Shown: positions 27,726 through 36,394 of the stretch, in pieces | How the letters are laid out: every line of letters begins with the position of its first letter | Numbering within the stretch: position 1 is the stretch's first letter | Assembly (NCBI GenBank): GCA_902385045.1 | Contig: CABMDW010000108.1 | Coordinates: 1-36,717, forward strand | Direction: 5' to 3' | DNA: 36,717 bases | Source of the DNA: an uncultured archaeon | Lineage (GTDB): Archaea > Micrarchaeota > Micrarchaeia > Norongarragalinales > CABMDW01 | Program-made: the position numbers and the translations under genes | Notes under the pieces: model-generated | What the model was told of the DNA's origin: nothing | The model's input: only the letters and a program-made list of their open reading frames with translations | The model's database searches: none

Positions 27726-29090
27726 ATGCAGGAGTTAACTAAAATCATCATAAGTCGAGTTATAAAAGGGCCTTGGAAAACTATCACCGAAGGAATCTGG
27801 GGAGACGTTCCAATAGACATAATTGAAAACCAAAGCCATCAGACGATAATATTGGGTTATGACATCGTAGAAGGAAAAGTAAAAGGTGCACTAGTTCTTA
27901 CAAGAGATTATTTAGCAACTGATGAAAAAGAAGACGTGTACAATATCCCTGAAGAACTAGGAGATTATACGTTGGTAATAAAAAAAGCTAAAGAGAGAAA
28001 CACTGCTTTTGTAGCCTTCGGACCCAATTCAGCTTACGTTACTTCTGAATCAACAGTAATGGTAGAAACTATTAACAATCAAATTAATGAAATAGAATCA
28101 ATTTACGGTCAAGTAGTAAGTTCCAAAAAACTTGCTAACACGAATCTAACAAGATTATCAGATGCAAGTAAAGAATACGCTCAAGCATTATTCGGAGATC
28201 CGCTTTACATTTATTACTTAAACCAACAATACTTGAATTCCATGACTAGATTATCTAGAATCAATCTAGGATTTACGACTGGAGGAACACCATATAGTCT
28301 CATCAAAAGTAGTTTGTTCTTGACTAAAGTCATTGGAAAACAAAACAACATAAGAGATTTCGTTAAAAATCTAACTTATAATCTCGTTCAAGCGGAAAAT
28401 AACGTAGTCGTATTAAAATCTAGGGCTTTTCAAATTGGTTTTTCAGAAGCCAAGAATATTGTAACTAAAAAACTAGGAATAGATTACGGATTATTATTTT
28501 CAAAAATAACTTTACAGAATTTTATAGAAAAGTTTCTTAAAAGTCCAAGGCTTTCAGCTAAACTAGCTACTCTAGTAAAAGATAATTACGTGGTTTCCTT
28601 TGAAGAATTAATTCAAGGAATAAAAAGTATTGATGACGAAGACTTGCCGCAGTATGAAAGCTTGAAATTCGTAAGACTTTTGAAACTAATTGAGAAGAAT
28701 GGAGAGAAAAACCAGCTTTTCATGAACAAAAAAATTACAGACTACTTGTTTGAATTAAGATTGATGAACAATAGAATCTTGGTTTTGGATTCCGAAGAAA
28801 ATCAAGGACTATCAACTATGATAACCAGTTCGCTGTTAACTGAAACGGGCATGGTAAAGGAAATAAAACACAATACTTTTTTGATAGTAATCTGCGACAC
28901 GCCGTATACTGTAGAATTAGTAAAGCAGATAAAAGAATTGAACGAAGAAGGATACAAGATAATTTTAGTAGTAGATGACGATTATTCGATAACTCCATTG
29001 AAAGAGACTTTGAGAGTTGAAGATATTCAAAATAGTTTAGTAGCCAGCGATTCTTCAGGAGTTCCTCAGAGATTCCAACTAACTACTTGA
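27726..29090 (+). CDS. Hypothetical protein; C-terminal part resembles a degenerate HerA/VirB4 (DUF87-like) ATPase
   Basis: RINLGFTTGG.PYSL...L..TKVIG.....DFVKNL..NL......VVVL follows the HerA entry pattern but has no GxxGxGKS/T. The ORF is solid; the family call is tentative. Confidence 0.5.
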   Translation: MQELTKIIISRVIKGPWKTITEGIWGDVPIDIIENQSHQTIILGYDIVEGKVKGALVLTRDYLATDEKEDVYNIPEELGDYTLVIKKAKERNTAFVAFGPNSAYVTSESTVMVETINNQINEIESIYGQVVSSKKLANTNLTRLSDASKEYAQALFGDPLYIYYLNQQYLNSMTRLSRINLGFTTGGTPYSLIKSSLFLTKVIGKQNNIRDFVKNLTYNLVQAENNVVVLKSRAFQIGFSEAKNIVTKKLGIDYGLLFSKITLQNFIEKFLKSPRLSAKLATLVKDNYVVSFEELIQGIKSIDDEDLPQYESLKFVRLLKLIEKNGEKNQLFMNKKITDYLFELRLMNNRILVLDSEENQGLSTMITSSLLTETGMVKEIKHNTFLIVICDTPYTVELVKQIKELNEEGYKIILVVDDDYSITPLKETLRVEDIQNSLVASDSSGVPQRFQLTT

Positions 29091-29091
29091 G

Positions 29092-30189
29092 TTAAATAAA
29101 ATCGTTTACGAATCCATCAAAATCTTCTTCAGTCAAAAATGAAATTAGTTTCACTAGTTTTTCTTTTTCTTCTTTGACAACATAGGAAGCAACTAATTCT
29201 TCAACCGGATCTTCTAGTATTATTTGGTTGGTTTGAAAGCCCTTGAAGTTATCTTCAAAATCTTCCTCTAAAAATAATTCACATTTTTGATTAACTGAAT
29301 TAATGAATTCTTCCTTGTTCCTAAAAATTCCGTTAAATTTTAATTTTATTAGAGGAAAAGAAAAAGAATTACAGGCGTCAAGCACAAATTTTTCTGCTTT
29401 AGCTTGATTGTCAGTAGATAAAAACAAGAATTTTCTGGTTTCAAATTCCTTAAACTCAATAACATTAGAATTAGTATCTACAATCAGAACTCCTTTTGGT
29501 TTTGTTTCTTCTTCTTTCATTTGAGTGACTACAGTGCTTCCTGGAATGACCAAGTGCTTTCCTTGGACAGTCAAATCTCTATGCCAGTGAATATGGCCAT
29601 TAACGTACAAATTAAAGCCATCAGGCAGATCCGAGACGCTAATGCTTTCTGGAGCCATTGGAACTATTTCTGAAACATTCTGATGAAAAACAAAAACGTT
29701 AAAAGCATTTTCGACGGGTTTGAAATTTCCTGCCTTTAAAGATTGCAAGACAAATTCTTCAGGAACTCCACCCAAACCTTGAATGCATACTTTTTCGGTC
29801 TTTCCTCCTGTTGTTTTTTCAAAAATAATTCGTTTATTGTGGCAATTTATCATTAAATGCGCGTCATCAAAGATTTCGATTATGTTAGCCAAGCCTTTGG
29901 TGCGTCTTTCATGAGTTCCATGGATTCCGATTAAAGCCGGGTAATCTGATAATTCTTTTCCAGAATCATAGTCAGAAATTTTTAAATTAGTTTTAGGCCT
30001 AGAAGTTACAAAACAGTTTACTGCTTCCTTAATAGTTTCTTGTGTAGGAATTCGGTAATCAAATAAGTCACCAGGAAGTAAAATGAAATCACAATTCAAT
30101 GAATTGCATAAGTCCAAGGCTTTTTTTGCTTGAATTGCGGCATCACCGTTAAATCCAAAGTGAAAATCCGATGCAATTCCAAATTTCAT
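29092..30189 (-). CDS. mre11: DNA double-strand break repair nuclease Mre11 (SbcD-like)
   Basis: SDFHFG, PGDLFD, HGTHE, FHQ, NGHIH, PGS. Confidence 0.9.
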   Translation of the reverse strand: MKFGIASDFHFGFNGDAAIQAKKALDLCNSLNCDFILLPGDLFDYRIPTQETIKEAVNCFVTSRPKTNLKISDYDSGKELSDYPALIGIHGTHERRTKGLANIIEIFDDAHLMINCHNKRIIFEKTTGGKTEKVCIQGLGGVPEEFVLQSLKAGNFKPVENAFNVFVFHQNVSEIVPMAPESISVSDLPDGFNLYVNGHIHWHRDLTVQGKHLVIPGSTVVTQMKEEETKPKGVLIVDTNSNVIEFKEFETRKFLFLSTDNQAKAEKFVLDACNSFSFPLIKLKFNGIFRNKEEFINSVNQKCELFLEEDFEDNFKGFQTNQIILEDPVEELVASYVVKEEKEKLVKLISFLTEEDFDGFVNDFI

Positions 30190-30216
30190 GAAATAAGTAG
30201 GAAAAAGTGCAATAAG

Positions 30217-30507
30217 TTAGTTTGTTTTTTTAGAGGAGGACATTCCTTTGATTTTTTGTTCTTGCATTTCTATTACTTGAGTTCTATCCTGTAATTCTTT
30301 TAATTCAGCGCTTAATTCGGAAGCCAAAGCTTTTGAATCTTTTTTGACTAGAATGTTTCCATAAAACCGATAGGTTTCAGTAGCCTTTTCGGCTTCTGAT
30401 AAAGCGCGTTTTATTTCTTCAATTCTAAAATTCAATTCTTGCTTCTGATATGCAAATAATTGCAATTGTTGTTTAACTAAATCTTGGGTTTTATTATCTT
30501 CTGCCAT
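30217..30507 (-). CDS. pfdB: Prefoldin beta subunit
   Basis: Coiled coil, YRFYGNILVK hairpin, coiled coil; 96 aa. Confidence 0.85.
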   Translation of the reverse strand: MAEDNKTQDLVKQQLQLFAYQKQELNFRIEEIKRALSEAEKATETYRFYGNILVKKDSKALASELSAELKELQDRTQVIEMQEQKIKGMSSSKKTN

Positions 30508-30513
30508 TAAAAA

Positions 30514-30738
30514 TCACTCTTCTTCAATTAAGGTATTTACTCTAGTAATTATAGTCAAATCCCTTAATAACGAATTCGATATTGCACGAAGTTTGGCTAA
30601 TGAAGGTTGTTTTATGGTGAAAAATAATTTGTTTTTAAGAACTGCATTATATTCTTTCTTGTCTTTTAACGCGTTGAAAATGCGTTTGTTTTCATCGCCA
30701 TCAAAATCCAATACGAAAGAACATGTAAATTCAAGCAT
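30514..30738 (-). CDS. KEOPS complex subunit Pcc1-like
   Basis: FTIKQPSLAKLRAISNSLLRDL matches the Pcc1 LRA..NS.LR motif; next to prefoldin beta. Start moved to ATG 30738. Confidence 0.72.
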   Translation of the reverse strand: MLEFTCSFVLDFDGDENKRIFNALKDKKEYNAVLKNKLFFTIKQPSLAKLRAISNSLLRDLTIITRVNTLIEEE

Positions 30739-32350
30739 TTTTCTCCAACTCTTCAATTCTTGATAAGAGTGCATTATACTTTTGAATTAAAGTATTACGC
30801 AGGTCTTCAGAAATTTCACTTCTAATAAAAGCCTGTTCTACAAAATCAATTTGAACTTCAATTAATTCTTTGACTTTAGAAGCATGATCTCCTAATTCTA
30901 ATTCAGGGTGATTCAAAACTAATTCGTTTAATCTTCTTTCAACGCTTTTTGCAAGAATCTTATGTTGTTTTGTAATATCCTTGAATATTTTTTCACTAAT
31001 CAAACCACGATCATAATCTCTCTTCAAATAACTTGAAGCAAAACTCATTGCCCTAGATTCCGTTACTAGACTCAAATATTCGTTTTCCAAAGGATTTTCT
31101 CTGATTCCCAATAATTTTGAGCTCGCAAGTTTTGCAGTGAAAACCGAAATGAGAATAGTGAAGAAAATGACTATAATTGTGATAGAGAAAATGCTTTGAG
31201 CTTCTGCCAAAGAAAACCAGCCTCTATTTACGGCAAAAGCATAAGAACCGGTTATCACTCCGGATAAGACTATTGAAGCTAAAGCTGCAGAAACTGCTCC
31301 ACGGGGATTTCCAATCCAAGAAATAAACATTTTTTCTTTGAAAGAAAAATCTTTGTCAAACAACATACTAAGCCAAATGGTCAAAGGTCGAATAAAGAAG
31401 CAGAATGCTATTGCAATCAAAAATCCTGGAAATAAATTGGAATAAAGTAAACTTAAATTAACTTCAGATCCTAGAACTAAAAAGACTAATGCAGTTGCAA
31501 TGAAATTCAAGTTTTCCCAAAAACCAAGAGTCCTGTGCCTGCTGATTGCACTAACGTTCTTGCCTCTGACATAACTACCGAAAACCAAGGCAGTGAACAC
31601 TACGGAAATAACTCCGGATGCACTAATGCCCCAAGCGTTAAGGCCTTCAGCAATTGCATATGAAGACATCATGAAAGCCAGTGAAGAAAATAATAGGTCA
31701 TCATCAACTTTGAATTGACGTAAAAGGGCGTTACCCAAAAGTCCTACAGTCAAACCGACGAGACATTAAAAGAAGATAATGCTAACAAATTGGGTTGAAA
31801 CTGAAGAAAAGGAAATTACTCCTCCCGCTAGTAATGTGGTTAAAACCAAGAAAATAGTAAGAGAAGAAGCATCGTTGAAAGCAGTTTCACTTTCAATAAT
31901 GCTTGAAATCTTTTTTTCAATTCTCAATTTTCTGAGTAATGGGAGAATTGAAGCAGGATCAGTGGAAGCTAAAATAGCTCCTAAGAGCAATGCAGCCAGC
32001 CAGCTGAAGCCGAGGAAAAAGTAAGCTGCTAAAGCTACTCCTGAAATCGTGAAGACTACTGCAACCGTATTAATTGACAAAACCGTAGACAATTTTTTCA
32101 ATAATTGTTTGCTGTCTGCTCTTGCTCCGTCGTTGAACAAGATTATTGGAACGCTTATGACGGCCAAAAAACCTAGGGAAATTCCTATTTCTAGGGGCTT
32201 GAAAATTTTTAAAACTTCATTACCGAAAATAAAACCTGTTAACAATAATGCAACGAATTCAGGCCAGTTGAAAAATTTGGCTATGCGCGCCACTAGAATT
32301 CCTGCAATCAAAACGAAAATAATTTGTCCAAGAAAAATGTCAAAAGCCAA
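30731..32350 (-). pseudogene. CPA1/NhaP cation:proton antiporter interrupted by one in-frame TAA at 31766-31768
   Basis: The two ORFs are in frame (..VSIIFF*CLVGLTVG..); motifs ILFNDG, STDPA, ESETAFND, ASGVIS, IRP, PRGAVSAALA. Pseudogene versus base error is unresolved. Confidence 0.82.
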
Positions 32351-32412
32351 TCAAAAACCACTTAACAGTATAAATAACAAAATGGAAATTTAAAAAGTTA
32401 TAGATGAAAAAA

Positions 32413-33612
32413 TTAATCTCCTAGAATTCGTTTTTCAATTATGACTCTAATTTTATTCGGATCAAAGCCTGGACAAATTAAAGTAGCGTGTCCTCTGACT
32501 CCTTTTCCGGATTCAATTGTGGTTATGAGTCCTAAAGATTCCAAGTCATGAAGATATTCTCTATACCATCGTGAACTTCTTGGTTCAACTTTGGTTTTTC
32601 TGCAAATGCTCTTATATTTTTCGTAAACGTGACCTGAAAAATAATATTTGTCTCCATTTTCTTCAACTAGTTTACTATAGGCTTCAGAATCAGAGAGGCA
32701 TAAAGCATACAAAACTAATTGCTGATGCTGAGGGAGTCCGGAAACTAATTCGAAAGACTTGTCTTCGTCTGCTTTCTTTCTTGCATCTTCAACTTCTTTT
32801 TCAGTAACTACTTTAAGTTTTTTAGAATCAGCTAGTTCTCCGGCCCACAATAATAAAGATAACGCGTATCTTACGTCTCCATTTTCTGAAGCTGCAATTG
32901 CTGATGCTAAATTCAAGGCTCCGTGAAGTATTGCTCCATCATTAAAAGATGCTTTAATCCTATCTTCAAGGATTCCGGATAATTGTGAAGCATTGTAAGA
33001 ATGAAAAACCAATTCTTTTTCGCATAATGAACTTTTGCTTCTGGCATCTAATTTTTTCTTGAAGTCGATTCTGTTGGAAATTCCTATTACGGAAATGCTG
33101 CCTTTCTTCAAGTCATCATTTGTTCTTGTAAGCGTGTATACTAAATCGTCTAAATCTTTTACGGCGTCAATTTCGTCTAATACTACAATCAAATTTTTTC
33201 CTTGATCATCATCTTCAATCCAGTCTAGAAGTTTCTCGTAAATAGTGGCCATTGAGTGTCCGGTTCTTGGCAATTCAATGATGAAATCGCCGACCAGTTT
33301 TTGTATTACTTTATAGCGTGAATCATAAACTCTGCAATTCATGTACGTGGTAAAGACTCGGGTATTTTCTTCGGCTTTTATTTTTTGCAAAACTAGTTTT
33401 ACTGCAGCAGTTTTTCCGCAACCAGAATTGCCGTAAATAAATAAATTGTTTGGCTTTACTCCTTTGAAAGCTGGAGCAATTAATTCCATTAAAGTTCTTA
33501 ATTCATGATCACGATACAACATTTCAGGCGGATAATAGTGCGGACTCAGAACATTCTTATTCTTAAACACGCTTGCCTTGTTTAAAATATCAGAAAAAGA
33601 GAGCGAAGACAT
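32413..33612 (-). CDS. cdc6: Orc1/Cdc6 replication initiator
   Basis: LSPHYYP..M.YRD, Walker A GNSGCGKT, MNC, Walker B VLDEID, C-terminal winged helix with GKGVRG. Confidence 0.95.
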   Translation of the reverse strand: MSSLSFSDILNKASVFKNKNVLSPHYYPPEMLYRDHELRTLMELIAPAFKGVKPNNLFIYGNSGCGKTAAVKLVLQKIKAEENTRVFTTYMNCRVYDSRYKVIQKLVGDFIIELPRTGHSMATIYEKLLDWIEDDDQGKNLIVVLDEIDAVKDLDDLVYTLTRTNDDLKKGSISVIGISNRIDFKKKLDARSKSSLCEKELVFHSYNASQLSGILEDRIKASFNDGAILHGALNLASAIAASENGDVRYALSLLLWAGELADSKKLKVVTEKEVEDARKKADEDKSFELVSGLPQHQQLVLYALCLSDSEAYSKLVEENGDKYYFSGHVYEKYKSICRKTKVEPRSSRWYREYLHDLESLGLITTIESGKGVRGHATLICPGFDPNKIRVIIEKRILGD

Positions 33613-33793
33613 AAAAAACCTAGTTTAAATTAATTAAGTTAAATACGAAGAGCAACTATTAAAAACAAAGGTCATACATTCATTTAAAAGACAATTAAAA
33701 ATAAGTCTAACTAGTAAGCTTTTTTAAGACAGGCTTAGTACTAGTTACAAGTGATTTTAAACTGGAAATTTACTCTATTAGGTGAATAATTTT

Positions 33794-34153
33794 ATGGGAA
33801 TATTTGATAAATTGGGAAAGGCATTAGGAATAGGAAAAGAATTGAGTGTTTAAGAATTCATTACTTCTGAAGAAGCTGAAAATGTCGATATTATGCACCA
33901 AGCTGCTGATTTTTACGTTAAACCAATCAAACTACAAACTGATGAAGATTTGAAAATTATTGAAGAAGAATTAAGTAACAAAAACATAATATTATTAAAC
34001 ATTAGTCCAGTCTCTAGAAATCCAGTTAAACTAAAAGCATACATTGGAAATATTAAAAATTTTGTAACTAGGATAAATGGAGATTTGGCAAGATTGGATG
34101 AAGATAAATTGCTGATTACTCCAATGAATGTAAAAATAGTGAAAAAAAGATAA
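33794..34153 (+). CDS. sepF: Cell division protein SepF (archaeal); N-terminus cut by an in-frame TAA at 33851-33853
   Basis: ATG 33794 follows AGGTGA: MGIFDKLGKALG (amphipathic helix)...ELSV*EFITSEE, in frame with track ORF 33893-34153 (NIILLNI...GDLARL...LLITP). Confidence 0.85.
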
Positions 34154-34212
34154 CAATCATGTTTAAAAAGCAAAGGATATTAATAAAATAAAAATAATGG
34201 TGACTCGAAAAA

Positions 34213-34401
34213 ATGGATGAAAAAGGACAGGGAGCTTTTGAATATTTATTACTAATTGGAGGAGCAATCTTATTCGTAATACTAGTTATAGCTATAGTAC
34301 AATCCTCACTAGGAACACAACAGAATAATGCACTAAACGGATCAAACAAGATCGGAGACGTCACAAACCAAACATACAATAGTGTTGCGGCTACAAATTA
34401 A
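34213..34401 (+). CDS. Type IV pilin-like protein with class III signal peptide
   Basis: MDEKG/QGAFEYLLLIGG plus a hydrophobic helix; GGTGA upstream. Confidence 0.9.
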   Translation: MDEKGQGAFEYLLLIGGAILFVILVIAIVQSSLGTQQNNALNGSNKIGDVTNQTYNSVAATN

Positions 34402-34406
34402 GGCTT

Positions 34407-34577
34407 ATGGATCAAAAAGGGCAAATTACTACGGAATACGTTCTACTGGTAATGATAGGTTTAGTCATACTCGTAGTAGCAGTATCATTTGTAGGAAATA
34501 TGAAAACTATTTTTGATTCAATGCTTCAAAAAACTAATTTGGAAAGATCAACTGCAATTACTATGCTTGGAAGATAA
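34407..34577 (+). CDS. Second short type IV pilin-like protein, 56 aa (not in ORF track)
   Basis: MDQKG/QITTEYVLLVMIGLVILVVAVSFVGNMKTIFDSMLQKTNLERSTAITMLGR*. Confidence 0.85.
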   Translation: MDQKGQITTEYVLLVMIGLVILVVAVSFVGNMKTIFDSMLQKTNLERSTAITMLGR

Positions 34578-34607
34578 GAATATAGTCTACAAAATAATGA
34601 ATTAATC

Positions 34608-35564
34608 ATGTTAGACCTAATAGCAATTATTTTACTAGGAGTATTGGGTCTTACTGCAGCTTATTTTGATTTGAAGAAAAGAATTGTTCCAAATTACTTG
34701 TCGTTACCATTATTGTTTGCATCGATATTACTTCTTATAATCAGCAATCAATTCAAAGATCTTGCTTGGATGTCTTTATTCATAATAATTGACTATGCAT
34801 TATATTCAATGGGAGTTTGGGCTGGTGGAGACTTTAAACTAACTGTGGGGATAATCGGAATCCTATTGTTTTACTCGGAAAGAAGTTCTTTCACAGAATT
34901 CATTCAGCTAGTGGGAATATTTTTTGCAATTTCATTTGGAATAGTAATACTAATGTCTGTTTTGAAAAGAATTATGATAATTAAAGAAAATAGAAAAGAA
35001 ATTATTTTGAAAATATTGAAAAATTCTGCAAAAACTCTAGTGCTCACTCAAAGCGTTTTGTTTCTGGCAGCCAGAATGGAATTATACCAGCAAATATTAC
35101 TTGGAATAAGCGTTCTAGTAATTAGTTTATTTGTTGACTTCCCGATTTTAATTACGGGAATAGTTTTTGTCATAGCATTAATAGTGGAACCATTACAGAC
35201 TATAGAAAAATCAGTTTATTCCATACCTCTCGTGTTGTTTATAACGCTCTGTTTGAACGTCATAAAAATGATTCCATTGAAAAAGAAAGTTCTTTCAAAA
35301 GAATTGGAAGAAGGAATGATACTGGAAGGAGAGTATTATCTTGAAAACAATAAGTTAAAACATGAAACAAGTTTGATTAAAACAATAACTGAATCGAAAG
35401 ACAATATCATATACTCAGACAAGAAGGCCAGGGGTTTAACTGAAGAAGAAATAGGTAAACTCAGAAAATACGGATTTGAAAGCGGTTTTCAAAAAATAAC
35501 TATTCGACTATCGCCTTTTTTAATTATAGCAAGTTTAATAATGTTAATTATAAAAATAGCGTGA
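34608..35564 (+). CDS. A24 prepilin peptidase, long EppA-like form
   Basis: Catalytic Asp motifs YFDLKKRIVPN and GVWAGGDFKL, extra TM segments, LEEGMIL, GLTEEEI and C-terminal LSPF. Confidence 0.9.
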   Translation: MLDLIAIILLGVLGLTAAYFDLKKRIVPNYLSLPLLFASILLLIISNQFKDLAWMSLFIIIDYALYSMGVWAGGDFKLTVGIIGILLFYSERSSFTEFIQLVGIFFAISFGIVILMSVLKRIMIIKENRKEIILKILKNSAKTLVLTQSVLFLAARMELYQQILLGISVLVISLFVDFPILITGIVFVIALIVEPLQTIEKSVYSIPLVLFITLCLNVIKMIPLKKKVLSKELEEGMILEGEYYLENNKLKHETSLIKTITESKDNIIYSDKKARGLTEEEIGKLRKYGFESGFQKITIRLSPFLIIASLIMLIIKIA

Positions 35565-35570
35565 AAAAAG

Positions 35571-35984
35571 TTGATAGCACAAGTTTCACTTGAGTTCTTT
35601 TTTGCAATGATAATAAGCATCGGGCTAGTCACCTATTTGGCCACTCAAATATACGCGAATGTAAGCGATTTAAGCAGGCTAAGAGACGGTGGTTCAGCTA
35701 AAACTTCATTGGATGCAGTAGCCTTGGGAGTAAACACTCTCATAACAGCAGGAAATAACAGTAACATCATAATGGAACAATACTTTCCAAGATCTTCATG
35801 CTTATACATTACTACTGATTCTAAACACTTGTACTGCGATGTAGGTTTAGATTACAATATTAACAGCACGGTACTCTTCACTTCAAATGCAGATGCAATT
35901 TACGTAAATGACAGTTGCAGAAGTAACGGCTGGATTACGTTAAACTTAACTAGAAATAATTCTGGAGTGTTTATAACTTGTTAA
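35571..35984 (+). CDS. Minor pilin-like protein with class III signal peptide
   Basis: MIA/QVSLEFFF (Q+1, S+3, E+5) plus a TM helix; four Cys in the globular part. Confidence 0.78.
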   Translation: MIAQVSLEFFFAMIISIGLVTYLATQIYANVSDLSRLRDGGSAKTSLDAVALGVNTLITAGNNSNIIMEQYFPRSSCLYITTDSKHLYCDVGLDYNINSTVLFTSNADAIYVNDSCRSNGWITLNLTRNNSGVFITC

Positions 35985-35994
35985 AGGAATTAAA

Positions 35995-36390
35995 ATGAAA
36001 GGACAAGTATCCTTTGAATACATTTTCGTAATAGCAGTCATAGTAAGCGGAGCCTACATTTTTTTACTGACTGCAGCTAAAGAAATGGAATTAAGCGCTG
36101 CACTTACTTCAGTAAGACAGAGTATTAACGATTACGAATCAATAAATGGATACCGGGTAACAATAAGAGAGATTAATTACAGTCAACCGCAATCAAATAA
36201 CGTGGTAATAACAGTGAGGGTTTTGATTAATGAAACTTATAGTGCCAGTGCTGATCCGAATGCGGTTAGCGCCATAACTTATTACAGTCTCATTGGATTA
36301 GCAAATACTTTTGCCAAATCTCCATTTCCAGATACTAACAGCACTTATTATCAATCCAGTTTGTTTAATTACAGTATACAAGTGGTTTAA
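35995..36390 (+). CDS. Minor pilin-like protein with class III signal peptide
   Basis: MKG/QVSFEYIFV plus a TM helix. Confidence 0.85.
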   Translation: MKGQVSFEYIFVIAVIVSGAYIFLLTAAKEMELSAALTSVRQSINDYESINGYRVTIREINYSQPQSNNVVITVRVLINETYSASADPNAVSAITYYSLIGLANTFAKSPFPDTNSTYYQSSLFNYSIQVV

Positions 36391-36394
36391 CCAA

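Noticed and set aside
27726..30189. Canonical herA-mre11-rad50-nurA operon
   Set aside because: The HerA-like gene and mre11 are convergent, rad50 and nurA are absent from the window, and the HerA-like protein lacks Walker A.
32413..33612. Cdc6 inactivation suggested by odd residues (GDVRY, LLWAGE)
   Set aside because: The frame and Walker A/B motifs are intact; without an alignment these could be lineage variation or base errors.
32351..33793. Firm replication origin call beside cdc6
   Set aside because: Only partial TGGAAA half-sites (~32383, ~33763); no repeated full ORB with a G-string.
16884..33853. Genome-wide reassignment of TAA to a sense codon
   Set aside because: Many genes end in TAA at their expected length (rps2, hppA, archease, cdc6), TAATG coupling occurs at 25113-25117, and the three internal TAAs do not clearly imply one amino acid.
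3258..34379. Short overlapping or antisense ORFs in the track (e.g. 3258, 4713, 6133, 7098, 8004, 10103, 10850, 11267, 12052, 12338, 13195, 13438, 14213, 14518, 17725, 18032, 19176, 21206, 25290, 28816, 31779, 32049, 32571, 33913, 34116)
   Set aside because: They overlap well-supported genes, mostly as antisense shadows, and carry no recognisable motifs.
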